This document shows, in pieces, positions 9,810 to 18,811 of a DNA stretch of 64,000 bases. The stretch comes from a virus (Duplodnaviria > Caudoviricetes), in IMG/VR virus record IMGVR_UViG_2824317532_000002, positions 1 to 64,000 of that record; one strand, 5' to 3'. Position 1 is the first letter of the stretch. Every line of letters begins with the position of its first letter. The position numbers were made by a program, and so were the translations under genes. Below the pieces are notes generated by a model. It searched no databases. It saw only the letters and a list, made by a program, of their open reading frames with translations, and was not told the DNA's origin.

Positions 9810-10565
9810 TCATCCCTCCAGGTTCTGAGCCTCGAACGTCTCCTCGTCGAGGTAGATGAAGCCCTTCTCGTGGGTCGTCTTCACCGCGGTGTCGACGTGC
9901 ACGGGAAGGTCAACGGCCTGTAGCCGGATACAGAACGACAGGTCCTCGGAGAACGTGCGCGGCCGGCCCTTGAGGCCGGTCGGGTGCACGATCGGGTCGA
10001 ACCAGGCATCTCCGTACCGGGCGCGAACCACCTCGAGGGCGCTGCGGTGGATGAGCAGGCAGGCTGCCCCGGTGCCCGCGACCGGCATGACCTGGTCACG
10101 CGGGTAGTCGATGATGGGCCGGAATCCGACCTCGCCGTCGGTCTCGACGTACTCGTAGACGGTCGGCTGGATCAGAAACCGCTCGGCGTAGAGGGTGCGG
10201 ACCTCGGCAGGTTTACGGCGAAGCGCGGCGAAGCAGAGCGCGCCCATCACGGGGCGCAAGGCCGGGTCGGCGGACTTGACGAGCTGGTCGACGGTCTCCG
10301 GCGCGAACCCCATGTCGGAGTCGACGAACCACAGCCATTCGCCATCGGTGTTGTCGAGGAAGTCTCGGGCAACCTTGTTGCGGTTGACGGCAATGCCGCC
10401 GGCACCGGTGACCGCGCGCAGTTCCTTGCCGCCGGGTCGCACGATGCGCTGCGACGAGGCGGCGTCGTAGAGGCACAGGTCGCGGTAGGACAGGCCGAAG
10501 CACGCGCTCCAGGCGCCGGGGTCGAGGAACCCGACGATCACGGTTCCCTCGGTGAACTCAGCCAC
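9810..10565 (-). CDS. Glycosyltransferase family 2-like protein
   Basis: GT-A motifs NRNKVA, WLWFVDSDM (DxD), GTGAACLLIHR, SEDLSFC, VDT..TTHEK. Confidence 0.85.
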   Translation of the reverse strand: MAEFTEGTVIVGFLDPGAWSACFGLSYRDLCLYDAASSQRIVRPGGKELRAVTGAGGIAVNRNKVARDFLDNTDGEWLWFVDSDMGFAPETVDQLVKSADPALRPVMGALCFAALRRKPAEVRTLYAERFLIQPTVYEYVETDGEVGFRPIIDYPRDQVMPVAGTGAACLLIHRSALEVVRARYGDAWFDPIVHPTGLKGRPRTFSEDLSFCIRLQAVDLPVHVDTAVKTTHEKGFIYLDEETFEAQNLEG

Positions 10566-10794
10566 GGGAGAGCCGGCCGCGCTGCTCGCCGGGCCGGCGG
10601 GTGGCGGCCTCGACGGGCGGCTCGTCGGCGGTTTCGCTGTCGACGACGAACAGCCACGGGTAGGCGCGCACCAGCGGGTCGTCGGCGGTGAACTGCTGGG
10701 CGGGGTTGGGGACGGTGAACTCGCCGTGCTCCGGGTGGCGGACGGCGCACGGGCCGCCGGCCGAGGCCGGGCGGACGCGGTAGATCTTGGCCAT
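10558..10794 (-). CDS. Small head-module protein
   Basis: RBS plus DDPLVRAYPWLF and VEAATRRPGEQR motifs, seen after capsid genes in actinomycete prophages. Confidence 0.65.
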   Translation of the reverse strand: MAKIYRVRPASAGGPCAVRHPEHGEFTVPNPAQQFTADDPLVRAYPWLFVVDSETADEPPVEAATRRPGEQRGRLSRG

Positions 10795-10828
10795 GGTTTC
10801 CTCCCGCAGGGCGTCGCAGGGCAGGAGA

Positions 10829-10861
10829 AAGGGCCGGGCGCCCTGCGAGGACCCGGCCCTT
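10829..10861 (-). terminator. Intrinsic terminator after capsid/EndoVII
   Basis: AAGGGCCGGG...CCCGGCCCTT followed by T-rich tract on minus strand. Confidence 0.65.
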
Positions 10862-10876
10862 CTGGATCGTGATCTG

Positions 10877-11491
10877 TTAGCGGTGGCGCTCGATGTAGTC
10901 GGCGGCGGCGCGGAGGCGCGCCGGGTCGTCGCCGAGCTGTCCGATGCCCAGGTTGCAGGAGCCGCACAGCAAGCCACGGACCTTGCTGCTGTTGTGGCAG
11001 TGATCGACGGCCCACTTGGTGAAGTTGCCGCCGGGCTGGTCCGTTCCGCAGATCGCGCACCGGCCACCCTGGGCCGCCATCAGCGCCTCGTAGTCGGCGA
11101 GCGTGATGTCGTAGCGGTACTTCAGGAAGTACTCGTGGTTCCGCTTGCTCCAGCCAGAGCGAGCCACTCGTGCGCGTTCACGGCCACCAGCAGAGCTGAC
11201 GTACTCCCGGTAGTACTCCTTGTCGCACTCCCGGCAGTAGCCCTTAAGGGAACCGGGGCGGTTCTTCGCGCCCTTGCGCCGATCGAACTGGTCGACCGGC
11301 TTGGTCTGGGTGCAGCGCGAGCATCGCTTCTCGACGGCGTCTGGAGGCGTCGGGGAGGAGCGCAGTTGCGCGAGCGGGTCACCGTGTCGCTGCCAGCGCG
11401 AGTAGTGCATTGAGCACCATCCGCGCGTGAAGGACGGCTTGTCGCAACTCTCGATGCAGCATGTCTTGGCCTGCGGGGCACGGGCATCCAT
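10877..11491 (-). CDS. Endonuclease VII domain-containing protein
   Basis: QGGRCAIC...VDHCH..KVRGLLCGSCNLGIG; N-terminal zinc fingers. Confidence 0.9.
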   Translation of the reverse strand: MDARAPQAKTCCIESCDKPSFTRGWCSMHYSRWQRHGDPLAQLRSSPTPPDAVEKRCSRCTQTKPVDQFDRRKGAKNRPGSLKGYCRECDKEYYREYVSSAGGRERARVARSGWSKRNHEYFLKYRYDITLADYEALMAAQGGRCAICGTDQPGGNFTKWAVDHCHNSSKVRGLLCGSCNLGIGQLGDDPARLRAAADYIERHR

Positions 11492-11537
11492 GCCCCGCAG
11501 CCTACAAGACTTGCGCTTGACTGGAATAAGACCAGTG

Positions 11538-12914
11538 CTAGGCCGACGTTTTATCTTGAAGCAGCCGGAACGCCGACAGGTTCACGCAGTCGGCACCGGT
11601 GCGCCAGTACGCGTACCAGCCACGGCGGCCGTCGGGCAGGTTCGCGTTCGTGTTGAACAGGTGCGGGATGTACTCGACGGACATGCCGCCCGGCTTGTCG
11701 ACGATCACGTAGTTCGAGAAGTCGCCGAAGACGATCTCGTTGTCGAGGCTCGTGGTCGTCTGGGTGGTCGGCATGTCGTCGCTCTCGACGACCGGGCGGC
11801 CCAGGATCCGGTCGGTCACCGGCTGGGTCAGGTCGCCGGAGAACGCGCTGGAGACCGCGGTGCCGAGGCGCTTGATGGCCAGGTTGTACAGCGGGTTGGT
11901 CAGCCACGTCGACCGGTTGCGCCAGCGGACCGGCACGCCCCGGTAGACGGCGTGGATGTCGACCTCGCCGATGGTCGCCGCCGTGGTCGACGTGATCTCG
12001 ACCGAGGTGGACGCGTCCAGCGCGGTGACGATGCCCTTCGGCTGGTTGCTGGCGCCGGAGCCGGTGGCGTGCGCGGCGCCCTCGAGGCGGTCGCGGGCGT
12101 CGGCGAACATCATCATCACGTCGGAGGCGAGGTTGTCGATGTCGTCGAACGCCGCGATCGACGCCTGGACGAACGCCTGCGCGATGTTGGTTGCGATCGA
12201 CACTCGGCCCAGGGTCGGGGTGTCGTCGGAGACCTCCGCGAGCTCGCCGTCCCACGAGGCGGTGACGCCGGCCGAGGTGACGCCGTTCCAGGTGGTGCCC
12301 TGGGTGAGGGTGACCACGCGGGAGATCTGCCGGATGTTGTTGGAGCTGCCCGAGTTGGTGAGGATGATCGTCGGGTCGAGGTGGGTCGGGAGCAGGTAGC
12401 CGCCGTTGGTGTTGGAGCCGACCGACATTGCGGTCCGCTCTTCGGCGGTGAGCAGCTCGGCGCGGCCCATCATCAGCTTCGCGAAGCCGGACTGGTACTC
12501 CGGGCGGGACCGGGCCAGCAGGTTCGCCGCCCAGGCGGTGTCACCGGCGTGCCGCTTGATCACCCACTCGAAGTGGGCCTGGTTGGGGCCTTCGATGTCG
12601 CGGTGCTCGTTGGCGCGGATCAGCGAGTCGACGAGTTCCTGCCGGCCGGCGGCCGGGTTGTTCAGGGCGTCGAACGTGCCGGGCTTGCTGGAGAACCGGG
12701 TGGACTGCCAGCGGGCACGCGAGTCGGCGACCCGGGCGGCGCGCTCGGCCGCGGGGATGCGGGTCTCGCGCAGGTCCTTCTCCTCGGCGTCGAGGGAGTC
12801 CCAGCGGGCCTGCTGTTCGGTGGTCGGGTCGGCGTTGCCGATCTCGTCGTTCAGCGCGCGCAGCTCGTCGGCGATCTCCGACTGCCGGGCGCGCAGCTCC
12901 TCCAAAGTCTTCAT
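11538..12914 (-). CDS. HK97-fold major capsid protein
   Basis: Coiled-coil delta domain, GGYLLP, ILGRPVVESDDMP, IVFGDFSNYVIVD. Confidence 0.95.
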   Translation of the reverse strand: MKTLEELRARQSEIADELRALNDEIGNADPTTEQQARWDSLDAEEKDLRETRIPAAERAARVADSRARWQSTRFSSKPGTFDALNNPAAGRQELVDSLIRANEHRDIEGPNQAHFEWVIKRHAGDTAWAANLLARSRPEYQSGFAKLMMGRAELLTAEERTAMSVGSNTNGGYLLPTHLDPTIILTNSGSSNNIRQISRVVTLTQGTTWNGVTSAGVTASWDGELAEVSDDTPTLGRVSIATNIAQAFVQASIAAFDDIDNLASDVMMMFADARDRLEGAAHATGSGASNQPKGIVTALDASTSVEITSTTAATIGEVDIHAVYRGVPVRWRNRSTWLTNPLYNLAIKRLGTAVSSAFSGDLTQPVTDRILGRPVVESDDMPTTQTTTSLDNEIVFGDFSNYVIVDKPGGMSVEYIPHLFNTNANLPDGRRGWYAYWRTGADCVNLSAFRLLQDKTSA

Positions 12915-12931
12915 GGAGAGCGGTTCCCTTC

Positions 12932-13750
12932 TCAGGACTGGAACGCGGCGAGCCGCGCTTCACGGATACGCCGGGCGCGTTCGCCGCGGCGGTTCCCGTC
13001 CGAGTGGCGCGAAGCCGGGTCGGCGGTCGGTACTGTCGCGGGTCCGTCGGCCGGCCGAGTGACGGTGTCGGGTCGGCTGCCGCGGAGTGCGGTGAGGCGT
13101 GCCCGCATGCCCTCGACCCGGTGCGGGTCGAGGCGGGCCAGGTGCTCGTAGTACATGTCGGTGCCGGACATGCAGCGCATGCCGGAGCTGGCGGCCGGGT
13201 TCGCCGGCCAGGTGACCGGGCCTGCCTCGAAGACGCGGACCTCTTTGAGGGTGCGTTCGGGCAGGCCGTCGGGGTTGTGGTCGCTGGCGCCGGGCTCGTT
13301 GTTCCATTCGTCCTTGACGACGCGGAACATGAACGAGCTGCCGTAGACACCGGCACGCAGGCCGGGCAGCAGGTCCCGGTTGTAGGAGGTGTCGAACAGG
13401 CGCACCTGCGACACCGGGGAGTCGGCCTCTTCGCGAAGCTTCTCGATCCGGCCGAGGATCTTGTCGCCGATGTGGAAGTCCATGCCGTGGTTGAAGAGGG
13501 TCTTGATGTTGTGGGCGTCTTCGGCGGCGGCCGAGTTGTGGGCCTTGATGGTGCGCTTGAACGCGCCCGGCGCGGACCGTTCGAGGAACGATCCCTCCCA
13601 CATCGAGTCGATGCGGTACCACGAGTTGAACGGCGACCAGCGGACGTCCATGACGCCCAGGTCGTCGCCGGCCTCGTCGTCGGCGCGCAGCTCGCACGCG
13701 ATCAGGGTGGTCCGCACGACGTCCAGGTCGGGCAGCGTGAGCGTGTCCAT
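12932..13750 (-). CDS. HK97 prohead protease
   Basis: FLERSAPGAF, LFNHG, GSSFMFRV, EAGPVTWPA. Confidence 0.9.
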   Translation of the reverse strand: MDTLTLPDLDVVRTTLIACELRADDEAGDDLGVMDVRWSPFNSWYRIDSMWEGSFLERSAPGAFKRTIKAHNSAAAEDAHNIKTLFNHGMDFHIGDKILGRIEKLREEADSPVSQVRLFDTSYNRDLLPGLRAGVYGSSFMFRVVKDEWNNEPGASDHNPDGLPERTLKEVRVFEAGPVTWPANPAASSGMRCMSGTDMYYEHLARLDPHRVEGMRARLTALRGSRPDTVTRPADGPATVPTADPASRHSDGNRRGERARRIREARLAAFQS

Positions 13751-14937
13751 CAGTTCCCCTCGCCCTCGTCGGGTTCGTCGTCGGGTTCGTCTTGCGGCTC
13801 GGCCGGCGGCGCGGGCGGAGGTTCTTCGGCGGGGCCGTCGCCCCACGGCACCGGGCCCCAGTCCTCGTCGTCGCGGACCTCGTTGATCGCACGGGCCTTG
13901 GTGCTGAGCTGGAGCTGGTAGACCTTCCAGCGGTCCAGCGCGGTCGCCTGCAACAGCGCGTCGCGGTCGAGGCGCGCATACCAGGGCCGGGGCAGCATGT
14001 CGGTGAGCACACGCTCCAGCCGGCGCAGCCATTTGTTCAGGCTGTAGACGAGCAGGTGTGTTGATCTGCTCTCGACGTTGGCGTAGGTCAGCGACCCGCC
14101 GGATTCGTAGCCGAGGATCTCGGCGATGCCGGGACCGAAGATCCGGCAGCACTGGGCCTCGGTGTAGCCCTGGGTCTCCAGGAACTGCGACTCTTCCGGC
14201 GCGACCTGGATGTTCTGGTACTTCCAGCCGCGGCCCAGCACGACCGGCTCCCGGGATCCGCGGACTGCGGCCATGAAGCGGTCCTTGGCGGTTTTGGCCT
14301 GCTCGGGCTTGAGGTCGGTCAGCTCGTTGGTGAGCATGCCGCCTGGGTGAGCGCCGTCGCCGAACCACTGCAGCCCGTACCTGGTGGTCGTCAGGGACAG
14401 CCCGATTTGAGTGGCGTGCATGCTGATTGGGCCCAGGCCCTGGACGCGGTCCGGGATCGGGTTGACGCGGCGGTGCCAGAACCGTGACGTCTCGATGCGT
14501 TTGCCGTTGACGGTCCACACCGGGTTGCCGGACTGGTCGATCCAGCCGCCGATCTCGTCGGGGTGGAACAGCCGGACCTGGGTGGGGTATCCGGACGGCG
14601 CGATGGTGAGGATGTCGCCGTAGCCGTTGCCGCGCAGTAGCCACGACGTGAGCAGCTGGTAGGCCCAGTCGGGCAAGCCGTTCCCGTCGCCGGCCGGGTC
14701 GAGCAGGTAGCCGGGGGTCGGCTTCTTGGTCCGGGCGGCGCCCTCGCCGGCGTAGACGTGCACCGGCAGTTCGGAGCCGAGCGACGCGATGAGGTCGACG
14801 GAGGAGTGCACCGCGATCGACTGAAGGCTCGACTCGGCCGACGACAGGTCGACGCTGGCGAACGACGGCGGGCCGCTCATCTCCTGCCGTGGCAGGCTGC
14901 GCCGTTCGGGCTGAGGCTTGCGGAACCAGATGCCCAT
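13750..14937 (-). CDS. Portal protein (HK97 family)
   Basis: LLRGNGY, GLGPI, APEESQFLET, INEVRDDEDWGPV. Confidence 0.93.
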   Translation of the reverse strand: MGIWFRKPQPERRSLPRQEMSGPPSFASVDLSSAESSLQSIAVHSSVDLIASLGSELPVHVYAGEGAARTKKPTPGYLLDPAGDGNGLPDWAYQLLTSWLLRGNGYGDILTIAPSGYPTQVRLFHPDEIGGWIDQSGNPVWTVNGKRIETSRFWHRRVNPIPDRVQGLGPISMHATQIGLSLTTTRYGLQWFGDGAHPGGMLTNELTDLKPEQAKTAKDRFMAAVRGSREPVVLGRGWKYQNIQVAPEESQFLETQGYTEAQCCRIFGPGIAEILGYESGGSLTYANVESRSTHLLVYSLNKWLRRLERVLTDMLPRPWYARLDRDALLQATALDRWKVYQLQLSTKARAINEVRDDEDWGPVPWGDGPAEEPPPAPPAEPQDEPDDEPDEGEGN

Positions 14938-15149
14938 CAGACCCGCCTGTCGAGCGCCCAGAGCGCCAGGCCGGCGAAGATGAAACCGAGGGGCGCCCAC
15001 GCCAGCCACAGCCCGAATGCCACCAGTAGGGGGCCGCCGATGCCGGGTAGGCCGCGGCCGATCTTGCCGACCAGCGCGCCGGCCAGGGTGGCGATCCGGC
15101 CGGTGGCCAGGTCCCAGCGCGGGCGTAGCCGCGCGGCGAGCACCGTCAC
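14937..15149 (-). CDS. Small membrane protein between terminase and portal
   Basis: Hydrophobic GLWLAWAPLGFIFAG segment; TGATG overlap with portal. Confidence 0.6.
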   Translation of the reverse strand: MTVLAARLRPRWDLATGRIATLAGALVGKIGRGLPGIGGPLLVAFGLWLAWAPLGFIFAGLALWALDRRV

Positions 15150-15161
15150 CGGGAACCCCTT

Positions 15162-16733
15162 TCAGAAGATGTTGCCCAGCGGGTCGTATTCGTCTTCCCG
15201 CGGCTTCGCATCCCGCCGGGCGTAGAAGGACCACCGGGCTTCGGTGACCGCGACCAGGGCGGTGATGTCTACGGCCCGATCGGTACGCGCCCAGGCGATC
15301 GACTCACCGGTACGCCGCGTCTTGCCGACGCCGACCGCGTCGTCGAGCTGCTTGGCCGGCACGTGCCGGATCGTCGACTCCTTGGTGGCGTCAAGGATCT
15401 GCCCGCACGCGGCCGCCATGTCGGTTCCGCCGAGCACGACCAGGTCGCCACGCCGGGGATCCTTGTCGTCGCTGCGGCTCGGCTCGTCGTCGTCGCCGCG
15501 GTCCTCGGGCCGGATGATGCCGCGCTTCTTGAGGTCCTCGCGCAGCGACGCGTACGTGCCGCGGGCCATGCCGACCGCGACCGGATCGAGGGCGTCACGG
15601 TACTCGGCGATCTTGTCGAGCAGGCCGGCGACCGGGCCGTAGTGGATTAGCTGCACGTGACCGAGGTCGTCGGCACGGTGGCCGTACAGACCGATCGCAG
15701 CCCAGTCCCGTTCGGGGGCGATGTCGACGGCGATGGCCACATCGCCGTCACGGCGCGACTCCGGATCACCGAGCTTCTTCCACCGCTCGGCATCGATCGC
15801 GGCGCCGGTCTCCAGCTCGGAGTACACACCGAGCCGCTCGCGCAGGAACTGCTCGACGCCGGTGGCGCGGACCTCGCGCAGGATTGACGACTCGGAGATG
15901 CGAATCCCGAACGCCCGGTTCGCCTCGGCGACCGCGGCGAACAGGCGGCCGCGCAGCTCCTGCCCTTCGGCCGTGTCCTCGTCCTCGTCGGACAGTGCCT
16001 TGTTCTGCTCGACGAGTTTGAACAGGTCGTCGTAGCGGCCGCGCGCCGACCACTCGTAGTAGACCAGGCCGCGGGCGCCGCGCCGGCCGCGCTTGCATGT
16101 CTCGCGCAGCACCTCGGAATCGGCGAGCGGCGCCGAGGACATGTACCAGACCTGCGGGTTCGCGGCCGCCGATGTGGCGTACATGATCGCCGCGACCTGC
16201 TCGGCGGTGAGCGCGAACGCCTCGTCGAGGAACAGCGGACTGACGCCGGCGAAGCCCCGGCCGGATCCGCCGGACCGGGCGAGGAACGCCAGCGTCTGCC
16301 CGGTCTTGAGGATGATCTCGGTGGAGTGTGTCGACGACCGGATCGTACGGACCCGCTTGCGCAGGTGGTCGTAGTTGTCAAAGTAGTGGCGCATCCGCAT
16401 GAAGCCCTGATGCGCGGTCTTGAACTCGTGCGCCGTCCAGATGATCAGCGGCTCTTTGACCAGCAGCAGCCCCGACAGCGCGCGGGTCTCCAGGATCACG
16501 CCCTTGCCGTTCTGCCGCGGCTCGACGTCCGCAACCTCGGACGCCAGCCACTTCCTGTCGGCGCCCTCGGACATGCCATCGCAGATGGTCTCCCGCTGGC
16601 CCGGATCGAGCGTCACCCCGACCGTGGCCATCAGGTCGATGGCTTCGTCACCCCAGGTGGACACCGCCCCCTGCGGAACGGCCCGGTAGCGGGGGGTCTG
16701 TGATCCGATCAACACGGCGCCGGCTGAGATCAT
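15162..16733 (-). CDS. Terminase large subunit
   Basis: PRQNGKG Walker A, LFLDEA Walker B, AVDIAPER and DITALVA nuclease motifs. Confidence 0.93.
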   Translation of the reverse strand: MISAGAVLIGSQTPRYRAVPQGAVSTWGDEAIDLMATVGVTLDPGQRETICDGMSEGADRKWLASEVADVEPRQNGKGVILETRALSGLLLVKEPLIIWTAHEFKTAHQGFMRMRHYFDNYDHLRKRVRTIRSSTHSTEIILKTGQTLAFLARSGGSGRGFAGVSPLFLDEAFALTAEQVAAIMYATSAAANPQVWYMSSAPLADSEVLRETCKRGRRGARGLVYYEWSARGRYDDLFKLVEQNKALSDEDEDTAEGQELRGRLFAAVAEANRAFGIRISESSILREVRATGVEQFLRERLGVYSELETGAAIDAERWKKLGDPESRRDGDVAIAVDIAPERDWAAIGLYGHRADDLGHVQLIHYGPVAGLLDKIAEYRDALDPVAVGMARGTYASLREDLKKRGIIRPEDRGDDDEPSRSDDKDPRRGDLVVLGGTDMAAACGQILDATKESTIRHVPAKQLDDAVGVGKTRRTGESIAWARTDRAVDITALVAVTEARWSFYARRDAKPREDEYDPLGNIF

Positions 16734-16947
16734 CGATCGGGTCAGCCTCCTCCGGCGCAGCGTCGGCCATGGCCCGTAGATCGGTGAGTGCGGCCCGCAT
16801 CTCCTTGGCCACCGCAGCGGAGTCTCGGGCCCCGCAGCCCTCGTCGAGGACGTCGGCCAGGTTGCGTGCCACCGCGGCGAGGGTGCTGGACTGGACGGCG
16901 GCGGGCATCTGCTCGAGGTCCGCCTCGAGGGCGTCGCGCACCGACAT
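16648..16947 (-). CDS. Terminase small subunit
   Basis: AKEMRAALTDL...DPIDDLSRRR, typical actinophage TerS; directly upstream of TerL. Confidence 0.75.
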   Translation of the reverse strand: MSVRDALEADLEQMPAAVQSSTLAAVARNLADVLDEGCGARDSAAVAKEMRAALTDLRAMADAAPEEADPIDDLSRRRVDRITDPPLPGRSAGGGVHLG

Positions 16948-18134
16948 CAGGAGCCCCAGTTGGCGACCCGGTACCGCAACGGATAGGCGGCGCCGGCGTA
17001 CAGCTTGCCTCCGCCGGACGGATTCAAGATTGCGAAGCCGAAGGTGATGGTGCCGCCAGAGAGGTCGCCGGATTCGCAGGTGACGACCATGCCGAGGCCC
17101 GGCTTCGACCGGAAGGCGGAGTCCGGGTACAGCCCGGGGTCGCCTTCGATGGCCGGCGTGCCGGTGCCGGTGGACGCGTACCGCACGGGTGAGCCGTCGA
17201 CCAGCACGCACAGGTCCCAGAACAGGCCGGTGGCGGTGGCCTGGAGTCCGGCCCAGGAGAACTCGACGGCATCCCCGGCGACTGCGGCGATCGAGAACGT
17301 GGGCCCGCCGGTGAGTGCGGCCCATGAGCCGATGGTCTGCGGGGTGACGTCGCCGGTGGTGACGTAGCCGTGGGCGATGGCGACCGTGCCGCCGCCCGCG
17401 TGGGTGTGGTCTCCGGCGGCGGCTGTCGAGTCGGTCTCGCCGAGTGCCAGGCTGGACGTGCCGGCACCGATCGCGGTTCGGGCCGCGGCGGCGTCGGCGG
17501 CGGTCAGTACCGCTCGGCCGGTGGCCGTGGAGTCGGAGATCTGTGAGGCGGTGGGTGCGGCCGGGGTGCCGTGGGTGTGGTCGCCGCGGGAGTAGGTCGA
17601 TGCGGCGCCGGCCGTCGAGGACCGGCCGTAGCTGGTTTCGGCGGTGACGGTGCCTGCCGGTGTTCCGCTGGCCCCACCGCCGACGATCTTGTTGCCTGCC
17701 GCGTCGATGACGTCGCCGTCGGCGTCGAGCCCGGCGACTCCGGAGGCGACGGACCGCTGCGAGGTGAGCAGGTACGAGGTTCCCGCGGTTGCGGTGCCGT
17801 CGACCTGGAGTAGGTCGGCGAGCTGCACGCTGGCGGTCTGGTAGTCGAGCTGGAGGGTGCCGGTGATCGTGGCCCCGTTAACCCGTCCCTCAACGGCGTA
17901 TGACCAGCCGGTCGGGCTCCATTGCGGATCGTTGTTGGCCGGCAGCTGGACCGATCCGGAGCCGTCGGCGGCCAGGTCGGCCCGCAGTGTGAACGGCGGG
18001 ACGATCGAGTTGTCGGCACCCCCGAGCAGTGGACGGGCCGCGGTGAATTCGAACCACCCGGTGGCCGCACCGCTGGGCGGAAGGTCGCACTGAATACCGA
18101 CCGTGACCAGGGTCAACGTCCCCGGGAATGGCAT
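16947..18134 (-). CDS. Tail fibre-like virion protein
   Basis: Actinophage fibre N-terminal domain, RGDHTH/AGDHTH repeats, AARTAIGAGTS motif. Confidence 0.7.
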   Translation of the reverse strand: MPFPGTLTLVTVGIQCDLPPSGAATGWFEFTAARPLLGGADNSIVPPFTLRADLAADGSGSVQLPANNDPQWSPTGWSYAVEGRVNGATITGTLQLDYQTASVQLADLLQVDGTATAGTSYLLTSQRSVASGVAGLDADGDVIDAAGNKIVGGGASGTPAGTVTAETSYGRSSTAGAASTYSRGDHTHGTPAAPTASQISDSTATGRAVLTAADAAAARTAIGAGTSSLALGETDSTAAAGDHTHAGGGTVAIAHGYVTTGDVTPQTIGSWAALTGGPTFSIAAVAGDAVEFSWAGLQATATGLFWDLCVLVDGSPVRYASTGTGTPAIEGDPGLYPDSAFRSKPGLGMVVTCESGDLSGGTITFGFAILNPSGGGKLYAGAAYPLRYRVANWGS

Positions 18135-18179
18135 CCGGAACCCCCTTACCCAGAGTCACTGACTACGGTCTGTAGCGAT

Positions 18180-18283
18180 CAGGCTTGGGTTTATTTGCGT
18201 GCGCACACAAACGCGGAAAGGGTCAGCGGGTGTTCCGCCTACCCCCTCCTGAAAAAATCTTGGCGCGCGAGCCTCTGACCAGG
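18180..18283. other. Candidate cos/packaging region of prophage 1
   Basis: Non-coding gap directly after HNH gene, with TTTTTTCAGGAGGGGGTAGG on minus strand; position typical of cos phages. Confidence 0.4.
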
Positions 18284-18616
18284 TCAAATGCAACTGGGGT
18301 CGATGCTCATCGCCTCGCGGTCAACCCTCGGCTTGCGGTTGCGCTCCTGGTTGCAGCAGCGGGCACGCCCTGTAGTGGGGCTCACGCAGACTGGGCACGG
18401 TGCGTTACTTCCGTGCGATGGCCTGAGGTTGGCCACGTCGTACGGTGACCCTCCGTCAGTACGCCTGTGTAGGTGGTCTACCTCGTATGCGCCTGGGTGC
18501 CCGCACCACCAGCAGTCTGTGCCCCAGGTCTGGAACGTCGCCTCGCGTGCGCGTTGGCGTGGGCGCCGTGATTGCCAGGGGTCCACCACGTTGGCCTCCT
18601 GTGGTGTGGGGCGCAC
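18284..18616 (-). CDS. HNH endonuclease (packaging associated)
   Basis: CWWCG...VDHL...NLRPSH...CCNQERN. Confidence 0.85.
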   Translation of the reverse strand: MRPTPQEANVVDPWQSRRPRQRAREATFQTWGTDCWWCGHPGAYEVDHLHRRTDGGSPYDVANLRPSHGSNAPCPVCVSPTTGRARCCNQERNRKPRVDREAMSIDPSCI

Positions 18617-18767
18617 AGCTCACCAGCCCAGTTGCTGTGCGCCCCGGTTTCCCCGCCGTCCGGTCCGCACCGGAGTCTGGATACGACGAAGGCCCCCGCT
18701 AGCGACGGGGGCCTGATCGTGGTCTGTGCCTGGTCAGCGGCCCTGTAGGCGCACCTGTCCCAGAGCG

Positions 18768-18811
18768 TGATTGTGACACCTTGATCCGCCGCACTGCAAG
18801 CGGGTGTCACA
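18768..18811 (-). promoter_or_regulatory. Putative late promoter with 9-bp inverted repeat
   Basis: TTGCAG-N18-CACAAT on minus strand, bracketed by TGTGACACC-N22-GGTGTCACA. Confidence 0.55.

Noticed and set aside
3376-13151. Long plus-strand ORFs (e.g. 3376-5520, 5621-7477, 11427-13151)
   Set aside because: Antisense shadows of real minus-strand phage genes, expected at this GC content
2804-18134. Diversity-generating retroelement targeting tail proteins
   Set aside because: No reverse transcriptase and no TR/VR repeat pair seen
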